From an uncultured virus (IMG/VR IMGVR_UViG_3300025133_000039) (lineage: Duplodnaviria; Heunggongvirae; Uroviricota; Caudoviricetes), in IMG/VR virus record IMGVR_UViG_3300025133_000039: 56,484 nucleotides of DNA; one strand, written 5' to 3'. The translations under genes were made by a program, and so were the position numbers. Below the pieces are notes generated by a model. That model was not told the origin of the DNA, made no database searches, and worked only from the letters and a program-made list of their open reading frames with translations. The stretch's first letter is position 1. Each line of letters begins with the position of its first letter. Positions 20,574 through 31,435 of the stretch are shown here, piece by piece.

Positions 20574-22538
20574 CTAATCGTTTAGGTTGTTGGGATGGAA
20601 GCCTCGCGGCAGATAACCTGACTTACTGTCAAGGTACTTGTTCGCTACGTCTTCCCCGTCTTTTTCAAGAAGCTCTGTGTAGTGATCTACAATTCGCTGC
20701 TCAAATTTGCCAAGCTTCGTCTTCTTCTTTTCAGAGTCTGAGGAAGCAATACTTGGATCTTCTACCGGCGCAACCGGCTGGTCATCCGTGTCGTTCACAA
20801 TGGTAACAAACTGATCGTATGTAAATACAAGTTTGTCATCACCATTTTTATCAGAAAGTTCAACGTTCTTCACTTTCGCGTAAGCAACCAGAACTTCGTC
20901 AAGCTGTCCCTTGACCTCTGTTAGCGCTGCATTAGCTGCGTCTAGAGCATCGGTGTTGGGCTCAGAATTTTCGTCAGCCTTATCCTCAACAGCGGGAACT
21001 TCAGGAGTCACTGGAGCCTCATCGGCTAGGACTTCTTCTTCTTCTTTCGCTTCTTCTTTGGCTTCGGGGGCGTCTTGTACGCCATCAGTGTTTTCCTCGA
21101 CTTCCGGAGCTTCCTTCTTCGCAAGTAGGCTGGCCACAGATGTCGCCAGAGCCTCAAGCTGTTCGTCAGATAGAGCCACAGCGGCAGGGACCACAGGAAC
21201 CTCTGGAGTAGATTCATTCCCGGTTGCTGAGTCAACAACCGATGTATCCTCCTCGTCCTGAACCTCATCCTTGGTCTCTAGCGAAGGAGCAAGGTACTCC
21301 TCTGAAGCAGCGCCATCCTGGCCATACTTATCTAGCGAACCATTAATAAACGAACCTCGGAAGTCCTGCTCGGTAGAGACTTCGTGTAGTCTACCGTGGA
21401 GCTTGTATACGTCACGGGGAATTTCGTTGAGACCCTCGTCGCCGTAGTATCGAAGCTTGTAGTCATACTGGCTATGTAGCGAGTCGTGAACACGGATTAG
21501 CCACTCTCTCTCAAGCTGAGTATCTCCACCGAGAGCATCGGCAAGAGCTGAGGTAGCCTCGACCTGTCCGTCAAAGATGAGACGACCGAGCACATCAGGC
21601 TCGGTATCTGTAAGATTAAATACGCCGGTGCCCTTATCGGCATCGGAACTATCCGCGTTTAGAACCTTCTCTGGCTCCGGTGCTGTAGCGTCAGGCATAG
21701 CTGTCTCCACAAAGGTGTAAATTGAATCCGTAGTATAGACAGTGCCCATATCTACTAAGCAAGTTGCTGCATCAGCAAATCTTACGTTTCCTGTATTGTC
21801 AGCCATTTCCATGGCTCTGATTTGCGAGAGGTCATCAGCGGGCATGTTTACTACGGAGCCTTCATTTACGCGGAACTGACCGGTAATAAAGACTGCGAGT
21901 TCATTGTCGTAGATGCGACCATGGCGATGCTCGCAAACATCGCCAGTTGCCCAATCACTCATGCAGACGGAGCAGACGTGCCTATCTGTTCCACTACCAG
22001 CTGAGAAGGTCTGATATCGTCCATCAAGAAACTTCTCTACTGCCTCCTTATCGGAAATCTTTGCCTGAACCTCCATTACCCCAAGACCCGGCCACTTACG
22101 GTTGGTAAGTAGGCCGAACTTCTTCATAACATCATAGATCATCTGGGGGTCGTCAGCTTCGTAAGCGTCCTGAACCTTGAGGAAATCCGTAATGTTATTG
22201 AAGTGCCCCATCGCCTGGGGTGAGAGATCCCGCCACTGACCTCCAACGAACCGACCGATTGGGTCAGTCATTGTATCGTGGTTAAGGAGGATAGGCTTAT
22301 TGTACGGCTCGGTTAGAGTCTTGATGCCAAGCTTCTGGCCGCGCACCGGGTAGATACGGTTATTAATTCTACGACCCGAGTGAGAGAGGTCGTAGGTAAT
22401 TAATAGACCACCATTACCCTTAGCGATGCTAGCCTCAGCCTTATCAAGAAGCGCGTACTTCTCCTTGTCACTGAGCCCAGTAATCCGAGGGTCCGGCTTC
22501 AGCGTGACTAGGTCTGTAAGTGTGAACAGATCAACCAT
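20574..22538 (-). CDS. Prohead protease with acidic C-terminal scaffold region
   Basis: SHSGRRINNRIY, KPILLNHD...PIGR, FLDGRYQTFSAG, CSVC...CEH, EGSVVNMPAD, then a very acidic coiled C-terminal half. GGAG RBS before ATG at 22538. Confidence 0.8.
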   Translation of the reverse strand: MVDLFTLTDLVTLKPDPRITGLSDKEKYALLDKAEASIAKGNGGLLITYDLSHSGRRINNRIYPVRGQKLGIKTLTEPYNKPILLNHDTMTDPIGRFVGGQWRDLSPQAMGHFNNITDFLKVQDAYEADDPQMIYDVMKKFGLLTNRKWPGLGVMEVQAKISDKEAVEKFLDGRYQTFSAGSGTDRHVCSVCMSDWATGDVCEHRHGRIYDNELAVFITGQFRVNEGSVVNMPADDLSQIRAMEMADNTGNVRFADAATCLVDMGTVYTTDSIYTFVETAMPDATAPEPEKVLNADSSDADKGTGVFNLTDTEPDVLGRLIFDGQVEATSALADALGGDTQLEREWLIRVHDSLHSQYDYKLRYYGDEGLNEIPRDVYKLHGRLHEVSTEQDFRGSFINGSLDKYGQDGAASEEYLAPSLETKDEVQDEEDTSVVDSATGNESTPEVPVVPAAVALSDEQLEALATSVASLLAKKEAPEVEENTDGVQDAPEAKEEAKEEEEVLADEAPVTPEVPAVEDKADENSEPNTDALDAANAALTEVKGQLDEVLVAYAKVKNVELSDKNGDDKLVFTYDQFVTIVNDTDDQPVAPVEDPSIASSDSEKKKTKLGKFEQRIVDHYTELLEKDGEDVANKYLDSKSGYLPRGFHPNNLND

Positions 22539-22552
22539 TGGTGCTCCGTGGG

Positions 22553-24331
22553 TTAGGCATAAGGTCCAAGATACTTCTTCAGTAGAGCGTAGAATCTCCA
22601 CTCGGGGATATTAACCTCAGCATCATCAACAAAGTCTACTGGTTCCATATAGTCTGAAACAAGCTTGTCGAACTCAATACGGAATTGATTTCTTTTCGCA
22701 ATCATCAAATCCGCTCCTTCTAATAGATTGTCCGCCCAGTCGAACCAATCTGTCAAGCCGTCTTTACTCAGCTTGGGCCCACTGCGGGTCCCTCGCTGGT
22801 TTGCGGGCCTAGCTGCGTTCGCAGAAGTATTCTTCTTTGCAGACTTAGTAGCTGGTCGGCCCTTCTGGCCGGTACCAGCAGACTGGGCAGCCTTGGCTGC
22901 GGCAGCCTCCTTCTTAACTCCCTGAGGAGTAATTGAAGACTGAGGACTTGTTGCTAGAGCATTTCCAGCAGCACTATCTGGGGCCATCATAGCCTTGAGT
23001 AGTGCAAGGGGCTCTTCGTACTTCTTGAAGAAGGTTGTCTCAAGGAAGTTCTCTTCAACCGGCATGCGGCCCAAGTCCTTCCTAGCTTCACCTTCATTAA
23101 TAAGGTTGTTCTGCCATAGCTGGATTGTCTGGTTCTCAAGCTTGCTCTGGACCTCCTTGTCCACGATGCCAAACTTAATCTCAACCATGTCTTCGTCTGG
23201 GATCGTCTTAAACCCAAACGGACCCTCAAGAAGAATCTCTCGAATGATGAAGAACTCAATGAAGTACTTAAGTGTCTTCTGAAGGGCTTCGATGTCCTGC
23301 ATCGCGCCCTTAGAGAGAACATCGGCGGTAGCCTTGTTCGCACTGTCACCCTCACCGAAGTCCACGCCGGACATACCGAGGCCTGCGAACACTCGCTTCT
23401 TGAAGTACTCTAGGTATGTCTCAACTCTAAGTGCTCTACCCTCTGAGCCAATAGCAGTAATTGCATGTCTATGGTCTGAGACATAGATGCCTCCTGCTGG
23501 CATGTACTCAATTGTCTGCTTGATGATATCGGTTTCTTTAATACCCTCTGGCGAATACCTCTCTGGCATCGCATCCGAACCTACCTGGTAGTGAAAGAGT
23601 GGGTAAAGGTTGGACTCAATAAGCTCCTCTACGTTTTCTTCAATTCTGCGTAGCAGGGAGATGTCGTCGAGGACAGGTGTAACTTCCGGCGTTCCAATAG
23701 CAAAACCTGGAATCTTGTTCCTAAAGAAGTGAATTACATCCTCGGGAGCGAACTCCTTGGTTCGCCCCGAGGGGTTAACCTGTCGAACTCTTTTAATCTC
23801 TCCGTTAGCCTTAGTCTTAAACTCAAGGGTTTCGAAGGGGAGGATGAAGTAGCCTGCTACTGGGTCGATAATCTTTCCACCGACATGAATCGGTCGGCGC
23901 TTCCCAGAGGAAGCTTTATCATTACGAGCTTTAGCCCACATACAGTTACTGAACCTAAGTAGGTCCGCTGCAGTCTGCACCATCTGTAAAGGGAAAGGCC
24001 TATTGGTAGCTAGTTCAATTTCCTTGATTCGGTCTCGGACATAAGCGACAGTGTCAGGGTTGTGCCCAACAAATTCCCAACCAGCAATTAGGAGCCGGTC
24101 GGTCTTCTTCTGAACTGCTTTCGCGAAGTAGCTACTAGTAGTCTGCGCAATCTGAATATCAGCTAGGTTGTATTCAGGTCGGAACCACTGGCCGCGGTGG
24201 CGCGCTGTGTAGGATAGGGTCCTGTCTGAGACCTTCTTTGTCTTGGGCTTAAAGTGTGCCTTCGTAGTCTTATCCCTACTATTAGTAGGAGACGCGAGGT
24301 CCAACGCTAGCTCAAATGTACTAAGCTCCAT
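22553..24331 (-). CDS. Portal protein
   Basis: 592 aa upstream of the protease, with portal-like segments (EFAPEDVIHF...GTPEVTPVLDDI, VFAGLGMS...GEGDSANKATA, LINEGEARKDLG). Confidence 0.8.
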   Translation of the reverse strand: MELSTFELALDLASPTNSRDKTTKAHFKPKTKKVSDRTLSYTARHRGQWFRPEYNLADIQIAQTTSSYFAKAVQKKTDRLLIAGWEFVGHNPDTVAYVRDRIKEIELATNRPFPLQMVQTAADLLRFSNCMWAKARNDKASSGKRRPIHVGGKIIDPVAGYFILPFETLEFKTKANGEIKRVRQVNPSGRTKEFAPEDVIHFFRNKIPGFAIGTPEVTPVLDDISLLRRIEENVEELIESNLYPLFHYQVGSDAMPERYSPEGIKETDIIKQTIEYMPAGGIYVSDHRHAITAIGSEGRALRVETYLEYFKKRVFAGLGMSGVDFGEGDSANKATADVLSKGAMQDIEALQKTLKYFIEFFIIREILLEGPFGFKTIPDEDMVEIKFGIVDKEVQSKLENQTIQLWQNNLINEGEARKDLGRMPVEENFLETTFFKKYEEPLALLKAMMAPDSAAGNALATSPQSSITPQGVKKEAAAAKAAQSAGTGQKGRPATKSAKKNTSANAARPANQRGTRSGPKLSKDGLTDWFDWADNLLEGADLMIAKRNQFRIEFDKLVSDYMEPVDFVDDAEVNIPEWRFYALLKKYLGPYA

Positions 24332-26030
24332 TTTGCATTCCTCGCTCTAGGTCAGAGATCCAGCTTTTCAGCGTGTTATTAGTAGCCGCGTCGCGACCGT
24401 TTACACACTGGCCGACTACTGTAATAGTACCACTTCGGCTGCCCTGTGTTAAGTGGATATCCTTGTTAGCTACAGTGACGTCAGCATTAGGATACGTGAT
24501 TGCAAGCTGTTCTTGAAGCACCTGTGGATTTTCTTCTAAGAACTTACACCAGTCCTCTACGTCTTTTCCATGATTGCGGAACATTCGTATGATCATCGTA
24601 ATCATAGAAATAAGGTCTAGTACGGCGATGAGGCCGCCGGCTGCAGAGAACTGAAAGCTTAGGCCACCAGTAATAAATGCATTCAAAGACTGCACACCAT
24701 ACTGCAGGTTCGAGAATAGGTTCTCAATGTAACCCTTCGCATCTCTGAGAGCTAGGATGACCTGCTGTAGTGCATCGATATCCTTGAAGTCCGGGTTGTT
24801 CAAATAGTCGTCGAAACTATCACTACCAGAAATCTTTCCACCAGTCTTAATCTTGTTGTTGGCGCCGGAGCCTAGTCCTTGCTGACCGAACCCTCGCGCG
24901 CCTGGGTTGTTACTAAAGGCGTCCGGCTTCGGAAAGCCCGGTGCTAACTCTTCAGCAACCGAGGCGAATGTTGCGCTCTCGTCAGTCTCTTTGGCAAGGC
25001 GAACGTCGCCTGGCTCATAGCCAATCTCTGGGCTTTGCTCGAAGCTCCAGTCTGTACCAATTCCAGGGACAGTGGTTCCCTCGCCATTAGCTGTATCACT
25101 CAGAGCCTTACCTACACCGTAGACCGCCCCAGCTAGCTCTGTGCCTTGGTTGATAAGCTCGTTGATACCCTCAAGCATTGCAATAGAGCAGTCAATAGGA
25201 GCTGTCATGATTTGCATGATTGCCTGAAAGAGAGCCAGCACCGCATCTAGGATCAACTTAAGGATTGGACCAAGAACAGTGGTCCAATCCAGTTTAATAT
25301 CCAAGCCAAAGGATGTGTACTTACCGATGAGCATCTTGAGACTCATGAGTATCATGATGAGGTCGGGGATACACGCACCCTTAAGTGCATCTAGTAAAGT
25401 GCAAAGACCCTGAAGGCTCTTGAAGGGATCGATACGGTTTGCGAACTGGTCAATCATCTGTTCGATTTGATCAAACATCTGGTTGAAGGGTTCTAGCAGG
25501 TTTGTGGGCTGGAACTGCCAAGCGAAGTTCAATCGAAGGTCACACGGCTGACACTCCTCTAACCACTCCTTAATCATGTCCTGCGTGATGTCGCTCTGTT
25601 CGTCGCCCAGGACTTCTGCGATAAGCTCAGCAAAGTCCAGGGAGGCGTCAACACTTGCTCCTGGAGGAGTAATGTCAAGCCCTCGGAAATCCTGACTTGG
25701 GTCAACTAAGTCTGGGAATTCGCAACTAGCATGACCAGGAGTATGAACTACTCCTGGAGTTGTTGTTCCTTCAGCAGATGCGCCGGGTGCGCTACCAGAA
25801 CCACTTAGACCAGAGTTGCCGTCCCCAGCGGGCCGGCTTTGGGAAGCCGTTCCGCTGGAATTAATAATCGTCTCTTCTCCTGAGTCTAGAATCTGGCGGC
25901 ACGCAGCAATAGCGGGCATGGCAAAAACCATTGCGCCTTCACGAGTACCTGACTTAAGCGCAGCCTTCTCGAACTCATCAACGATGATCGACACGTACTG
26001 ATACTGGTACATCTCTTCAGCTGTAGCCAT
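24321..26030 (-). CDS. Hypothetical helical structural-module protein
   Basis: 569-aa ORF with overlapping start/stop coupling, Cys pairs and long amphipathic helices. Confidence 0.6.
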   Translation of the reverse strand: MATAEEMYQYQYVSIIVDEFEKAALKSGTREGAMVFAMPAIAACRQILDSGEETIINSSGTASQSRPAGDGNSGLSGSGSAPGASAEGTTTPGVVHTPGHASCEFPDLVDPSQDFRGLDITPPGASVDASLDFAELIAEVLGDEQSDITQDMIKEWLEECQPCDLRLNFAWQFQPTNLLEPFNQMFDQIEQMIDQFANRIDPFKSLQGLCTLLDALKGACIPDLIMILMSLKMLIGKYTSFGLDIKLDWTTVLGPILKLILDAVLALFQAIMQIMTAPIDCSIAMLEGINELINQGTELAGAVYGVGKALSDTANGEGTTVPGIGTDWSFEQSPEIGYEPGDVRLAKETDESATFASVAEELAPGFPKPDAFSNNPGARGFGQQGLGSGANNKIKTGGKISGSDSFDDYLNNPDFKDIDALQQVILALRDAKGYIENLFSNLQYGVQSLNAFITGGLSFQFSAAGGLIAVLDLISMITMIIRMFRNHGKDVEDWCKFLEENPQVLQEQLAITYPNADVTVANKDIHLTQGSRSGTITVVGQCVNGRDAATNNTLKSWISDLERGMQNGA

Positions 26031-26350
26031 TACTCTTCCTCGATTTCGTCGTCAAGAATGATCAAGTCTTTAAAGACTGCATTAGAGTCTTCGCCAGCGT
26101 CTAGGAAGACTTTGTACTCAAGCGCCCTCTTAAGCGCACCATCAATGGGATTCACTTCTAGGAACCTTGCCGGGTCTACGTCTAGGACGTCAAGTAGGTG
26201 TAGTAGTAGTCGAAAGAGATCGTCTCTGTGGACGAAGTCTCTGCCAATCTTAGGGAACATCCGAATATAGGTCTTCTCAAGCTCGGCTCCCTCGTTCGAC
26301 GGATCCGGCTCTTCGCCTGCAGCTGAGGACCTTAGGAAACCCTTAGGCAT
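26030..26350 (-). CDS. Hypothetical protein
   Basis: 106-aa ORF tightly coupled to its neighbours. Confidence 0.6.
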   Translation of the reverse strand: MPKGFLRSSAAGEEPDPSNEGAELEKTYIRMFPKIGRDFVHRDDLFRLLLHLLDVLDVDPARFLEVNPIDGALKRALEYKVFLDAGEDSNAVFKDLIILDDEIEEE

Positions 26351-26836
26351 TTAATCTCCAAGCTTGAAAACGTCCTTGCCGTTCTCTGCTTCTAGCTCTT
26401 TCTTGATTCGAAGAGCTTCCTTATAGGTTGAGTAAGTAATAGTGTTGGTGACACGCCCAGTCAGGAGTTTAACCGCCAACTTGAGCCTGGGTTTCTGCTT
26501 GATGTCGAGTTTGAAAGAGACCTCTTTCCCACTTCCGCCACCACTCAGTAGAACCTCGTCTACTTGGCTTTCGAGAACATCAATCTTCTTTCGAATGCGA
26601 GCCGCCTTGGCGAGCGTTCCCTGGACTTGCCTTTGAACGACTTCTGCCTGCTCTGGAGTCAGGGGCTTCCTGATGTCTCCGCGCACGAAAGCTTCACTGT
26701 CTCTCTTTACCTGTTCCTCAACACGTCGAGTTACCTCTTCATTGATAGCAGGCTGGCTATGAACTAGTGTGTTCGCTACCAGGGGCTGCTGCGGCGAGTA
26801 TACTCGCTTGAACTTCTTTTGAATCTCTGTAGCCAT
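26351..26836 (-). CDS. Hypothetical protein
   Basis: 161-aa ORF with TAATG coupling. Confidence 0.6.
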   Translation of the reverse strand: MATEIQKKFKRVYSPQQPLVANTLVHSQPAINEEVTRRVEEQVKRDSEAFVRGDIRKPLTPEQAEVVQRQVQGTLAKAARIRKKIDVLESQVDEVLLSGGGSGKEVSFKLDIKQKPRLKLAVKLLTGRVTNTITYSTYKEALRIKKELEAENGKDVFKLGD

Positions 26837-27273
26837 TAGGCACCTACGTTACGCTCGAAATACCTCAACTTGAGCTGCACATTCTCACGAATCTGCACAG
26901 GCTCATTGCCTGGGCAGTATACACGAACCCATACAGGGTGGTTGGTGAATGTATCTGCAGCTTCGGTGCTACCGATATCTGGTAGAGAGATAGCTACACC
27001 CGAGAGTGCCGCATCCCATTCCGCTTCTGTGGGCTGTCTCGAACCATAGAGAAGCTTAACGCTCCAGCCAGTGGTACCAAATTCGCCAGAATCATCATAA
27101 GCACCAATAAGCTCTGGTTGTAGAGTTACACTGGTGTAGTACTTAGCCGCATCTTGATTCCGCACATACACTACCTGCTCGTGCGCTTCACCGAGGTGAC
27201 CGTCATGATGAGAGCGAAGTGGATTAAGTGCAGTGAGAAGGACTAAGTCCCCATCGAATAGCTGTAGGGCCAT
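26836..27273 (-). CDS. Hypothetical beta-rich virion protein
   Basis: 145-aa ORF with an AGGA RBS in the structural operon. Confidence 0.6.
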   Translation of the reverse strand: MALQLFDGDLVLLTALNPLRSHHDGHLGEAHEQVVYVRNQDAAKYYTSVTLQPELIGAYDDSGEFGTTGWSVKLLYGSRQPTEAEWDAALSGVAISLPDIGSTEAADTFTNHPVWVRVYCPGNEPVQIRENVQLKLRYFERNVGA

Positions 27274-27282
27274 TTAGATTTC

Positions 27283-27678
27283 CTAAATTCGGTTTCCACG
27301 TCTTGCGTTGAAGCCTGTGCTGTGATTGTTTCTGTTTCCGCCGAACATCATACCACCTAGACCTGCTCCGGCGTACATTCCTGCTCGCTGCATCGAGGTA
27401 GATAGAGAGGCTCGGAGTCCGAATGCGCCCATCTTCATACCGCCAATGGCTCGTCGAGAACCACCTGGGCTGGCATTCATAATGGAGTTACCAAGCTTCA
27501 TGGCTCCGCTTCGCATGAATGCTCGCGAACCAACACCTGCAGCTAGACCCATTGCTGCGCCTTTGCCCATGCTCCCATCGCTAGCGTAACTTGCACCAGC
27601 TCCAAGGAGTCCGGCACCCAGCCAGGTGCCTGCGCTTCCGCTAGAGGCTCCAATGGCTTTGGCAATCATACTAGACAT
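27283..27678 (-). CDS. Small Gly/Ala/Met-rich protein (possible internal virion protein)
   Basis: GGAGG RBS. Low-complexity Gly-rich sequence with hydrophobic segments. Confidence 0.55.
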   Translation of the reverse strand: MSSMIAKAIGASSGSAGTWLGAGLLGAGASYASDGSMGKGAAMGLAAGVGSRAFMRSGAMKLGNSIMNASPGGSRRAIGGMKMGAFGLRASLSTSMQRAGMYAGAGLGGMMFGGNRNNHSTGFNARRGNRI

Positions 27679-27680
27679 AA

Positions 27681-29909
27681 CTAACCTCCGTAAATGTTAC
27701 CCCTACCTCTTCCGCGCCGGCCTTTGCGGGGGCCAGCTCTCGAAGGTGTAGAGATTGGTTGTGCTCTGCCTCCCGAGTATTCGTCGTCACCCCTGAGGCT
27801 TTCAGAATGCTTCGCAAGTCCCTGGAATAGATGGCTGTAGCCTTCAGATTCCCTCTTTGTAATCTCTCCTCTGGAGGACTTCTTACCCCAACCTCCACGA
27901 GGCTCTGGGTCATTAGCCTTCCAGTTCGCTCCTTGGTCGCGAACTAATTGAACAACTGACAGCATACCAGGGACACCAGCCTTCTGGACAGCGTCCGCGG
28001 CATCAGTAGGATCTACTTCTCGTTCGTCTAGATCCTTCTTAGAAATAAATCCAGGTGTAGAGAAAGCCAAGCCCTTCCCGCTGTAGACCGACTCTTCGAG
28101 AGAGAGGGCTACAAGGGAGAGCATCCATGCATCAAGGCGGTGATCGCCCACCCGTGCTTCCGACATACCGTAAACTGGCTTACCTGCAGAGTTCCTCTTT
28201 ACGACGATGTAGTTACTTAGCTGCTTACTTAGCTTATCGTCTCCGTGTGGGAACCTAAACAAGCTGTCTTCCATAATGGAGACAGCATTTTCCACCAGGT
28301 AATGCTTGGCAGCCTTCTTAAGCTCTGTTCCGTCAATCGGGTCTCTCATCTTGATAGTAGAAGAGAAGTTATAAGCTACGAGCCTGTCAATAAGCTGAAC
28401 TGTCTGCTGGTCAATGACATTCGGCTTTGCCTTCATCTTAACTCTGTGAGCATGGAGCTTTAGGTCCTCGATGATTGTATGACCATAACCTTCATCAGCA
28501 TAAATCCAGTCTGGCTTCCACTTGGCGTTAAGTCGAATTACTTCCTCTTTCCATCTTTTAGAGGAAAACTTAGACGCCGGAATGTTAACCGCTTCCAGCG
28601 CAAACCATAGACCCACATCCGTAGAGAAGCCGGTCACGAAGAACTCTGATCCAGCGTTCTTGTTCCAGTCAATACCGATAGCAATGATCATATTGGCGCG
28701 GTCCTTAACACCCTGCTTCCTCCAGAAGCCAGGCGCGTCTACGTCTGCATATGCGTAATCCGCCTTAGACTTAGCAATCCAGGAAGGCCTGAATACGCCA
28801 AAGCCGAAGTCAATGAATTCAGCCATGTACTCTGCAGCGAATGACTCTTTAGTTCCGTCACTCTCGAACTCGTGCTTAACGCTTTCCCAGTGAGGAATCA
28901 TCGTCGAGGGCAGGTAGTCTTCTTTAAAGTCCGGCCTCTCTAGACACCACTGATAGAACTTACCTCTCTTTCCAATCGGGGTAGAGGTCGCATACATGAT
29001 GGTGGTTGGATACGTAGCAAGAATCGGCGTGATTACCTTGTCTAGAATCTCCTCGGGAATCATATCCATCTCGTCTAGATAGATAATGTCTGCGGACTGT
29101 CCACGCATAGTTCCACCACCGGAACCGTCGTCCTTAACGCCGGTTCCTGAGACGAACCCTTGAATCATTGCTCCATTAATGAAACTCATCTTGTGGTTTG
29201 GAGTCTTTACGTAGAGGCTGCCACCAGTACCAGATGTACACTCGTTCCTTAGATCAGTGTTCCTCTTAAGTAGCTGCTCCATCTCATTAAAGATGTTAGT
29301 TAGCTGCATGGTGAACGGAGTAATGATCATGATATGCGGGCCACGTGTAGTTACGTTACCCTCCGAGTCTCGACCTCTACTAACCTCTGAGTTGAAGACA
29401 TGGTAGAGAAGCTTTAACGCCATAGCGAAAGTCTTCCCAGTACGACGGCCTTCTCGAATAACCACTCGGTTCGCAGTACAGCGAATCTGCTCCTTCTGGT
29501 AGTTACGAATGTTCCACTCAGCATCTTCGTCGGTAAAGCCGAACATCAGCTCAATCCAAGCGACTGGGTCAATCGTGGAGAGCATAAGCTTCTTAGCCCT
29601 CTCATAGGGCACGTCGGAGGAGGCAGAGATCTCTTTGAGTTTTCTTGCCGCACCCCTCGGCAAACTCTTGGCGATTCCGTCGCACTTAACGCTGAAGGGC
29701 TGACCTTCACCGAATTCTTTGTACTTTTCGATCTGGCGAATTTGACAATTGGTACATGTGCGGTGCAGATCCGTGCGGATACCGTACTCTTTAGAGTAGT
29801 GTTCAACTAGCTCCGGGTCGGGTACAGCGGCAGGGTTCTGGTGCTTGTAGCCATACTCATTAATAACAAAGAGTCTGTCTACTGCAGCTTTGCGTTCGAC
29901 TTCATTCAT
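27681..29909 (-). CDS. terL: Terminase large subunit
   Basis: YQ motif, Walker A GRRTGKT, Walker B IIYLDE, coupling motif STP and RNase H-like nuclease IGIDW...DHRLDA. Confidence 0.93.
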   Translation of the reverse strand: MNEVERKAAVDRLFVINEYGYKHQNPAAVPDPELVEHYSKEYGIRTDLHRTCTNCQIRQIEKYKEFGEGQPFSVKCDGIAKSLPRGAARKLKEISASSDVPYERAKKLMLSTIDPVAWIELMFGFTDEDAEWNIRNYQKEQIRCTANRVVIREGRRTGKTFAMALKLLYHVFNSEVSRGRDSEGNVTTRGPHIMIITPFTMQLTNIFNEMEQLLKRNTDLRNECTSGTGGSLYVKTPNHKMSFINGAMIQGFVSGTGVKDDGSGGGTMRGQSADIIYLDEMDMIPEEILDKVITPILATYPTTIMYATSTPIGKRGKFYQWCLERPDFKEDYLPSTMIPHWESVKHEFESDGTKESFAAEYMAEFIDFGFGVFRPSWIAKSKADYAYADVDAPGFWRKQGVKDRANMIIAIGIDWNKNAGSEFFVTGFSTDVGLWFALEAVNIPASKFSSKRWKEEVIRLNAKWKPDWIYADEGYGHTIIEDLKLHAHRVKMKAKPNVIDQQTVQLIDRLVAYNFSSTIKMRDPIDGTELKKAAKHYLVENAVSIMEDSLFRFPHGDDKLSKQLSNYIVVKRNSAGKPVYGMSEARVGDHRLDAWMLSLVALSLEESVYSGKGLAFSTPGFISKKDLDEREVDPTDAADAVQKAGVPGMLSVVQLVRDQGANWKANDPEPRGGWGKKSSRGEITKRESEGYSHLFQGLAKHSESLRGDDEYSGGRAQPISTPSRAGPRKGRRGRGRGNIYGG

Positions 29910-30074
29910 CCTCTACCCTCGCCTTGTACGTGCAGAGGTACGGTAATATCGTGGACCCAGTCGCCCCGAGATTCTAGACCTAGCTGGAATAAAATTTCAC
30001 TAAGAGGGTGCGCAACCAAGTTGTGAAGTGTCCACTGGAAACGGACTGGCAGTCGCGCCAAAAGAGTAGGCATC

Positions 30075-31433
30075 TTACCTCCTGTAAGGACTGAAGTAGT
30101 TCTTATTAGTGTGCATGAAGCTGGCTTCCTGGCCAAGAGCAGAGCGAGCGTTGGTATGGCTATTTCGAATTGCGCTTACGGCCCGTGCCCTCATAGTCAT
30201 TGCGTTCTGAGTGTAGAACGAAGCCATGTCTCCAGCAGTATCAATGCCTCTAGACGCGGCTCTCTTACGATAGCCGGTCTTGAGGAGGTTGTAGCCTCCC
30301 TTACCTACAGCTACTGTTCCACCAACTACTGCACCAGCGGCAGCGAGTCTTAACGGTGCCCGCCCAAGGCTGGCACCGACGTAACCACCAGCGAACGAAC
30401 CTGGAATACCCATCGCGCCGTGTCCCGCACTTGCTCCGATCGAGGCTGCCAGGAATACACTTGCGGTTCGCATAAAGCCTAGCTTCTTCGTAGCTACGCC
30501 AGCGCCGACCGCTGTTGCCACTGACGAGAAGCGAGCAACACCAGACATCGTTGCCAAATCGATGGTGCCTGCGTCAAAGGCTCCATGCATTCCGGTATGA
30601 CCAGTAACCTCACCCTTGTAGCCTAGGTACATGTAGTACGCAGAACCAGCAACCCCAGCGCCGCTCATCAACGCTGAGGTACTTACTGACTTCCCAAACA
30701 TTGAAATGGATTTAGTACTAATAGGCCGACCATTAGGAGAAGTAATGAGAGAGGTGCCCCCACGACCTACGAGGTTTCCATTTTGAACAGAGGCTCCGCC
30801 AAGAATTTGTGGACCCATTACACCTTGGGCTGCCCCAGTTCGATAAAAGCTGTTTCCCCAGCGATAAAAGCTTTGTCCTGCTGCGTGCTGACCACCCATT
30901 CTCTCGAACCCAGCCTGCATCATTCCTCCTGCTTGGACGTAGTTTCGTCCTCGCTGAAGTAGTCCCGGTCCACTGAGAGCCCTCATATTCGAAGTATGCA
31001 TAGATGCGCCTGCAGCGCGCATCGCCAAAGCGCCTCTCATTCGAAGTCCGGGTGTAGGAGCTTCGAGACTACTAGCATCGATTGCTGCAGAAGGGGGCGC
31101 ACTGGGGGCTGCACTAGGTAGTCGCGCCCCTAGGCGACTACCAGTTAGCCCTGCTAAAGACCCGTGCGGACTAACTCCAGGGGTACCTGTTGGGTTTCGA
31201 TCCCAGGAGGAGTCAACGCCAAAACTCCTGATCATATTGCGAACACCAATTCCACCCTGCCCAAACCTTCTTCCAGGCTGGTTAAAGGGATTCCAATAGT
31301 GATCAAATCCAGCTGTAGCTCTGGCAGTCGGCGCCGGCTGACTACCCGGACCGAAGTTTCCACTAAGCAGCTCGCCTGTGCCTAATGGTTGATAGCCTGG
31401 GGCCCCCGGCCTTTTGCCCAAATGGTTTGCCAT
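30075..31433 (-). CDS. Gly/Ala-rich basic virion protein (possible ejection protein)
   Basis: 452 aa of Gly-rich low complexity with hydrophobic C-terminal segments and a TMRARAVSAI...NARSALGQEA end motif. Confidence 0.55.
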   Translation of the reverse strand: MANHLGKRPGAPGYQPLGTGELLSGNFGPGSQPAPTARATAGFDHYWNPFNQPGRRFGQGGIGVRNMIRSFGVDSSWDRNPTGTPGVSPHGSLAGLTGSRLGARLPSAAPSAPPSAAIDASSLEAPTPGLRMRGALAMRAAGASMHTSNMRALSGPGLLQRGRNYVQAGGMMQAGFERMGGQHAAGQSFYRWGNSFYRTGAAQGVMGPQILGGASVQNGNLVGRGGTSLITSPNGRPISTKSISMFGKSVSTSALMSGAGVAGSAYYMYLGYKGEVTGHTGMHGAFDAGTIDLATMSGVARFSSVATAVGAGVATKKLGFMRTASVFLAASIGASAGHGAMGIPGSFAGGYVGASLGRAPLRLAAAGAVVGGTVAVGKGGYNLLKTGYRKRAASRGIDTAGDMASFYTQNAMTMRARAVSAIRNSHTNARSALGQEASFMHTNKNYFSPYRR

Positions 31434-31435
31434 GC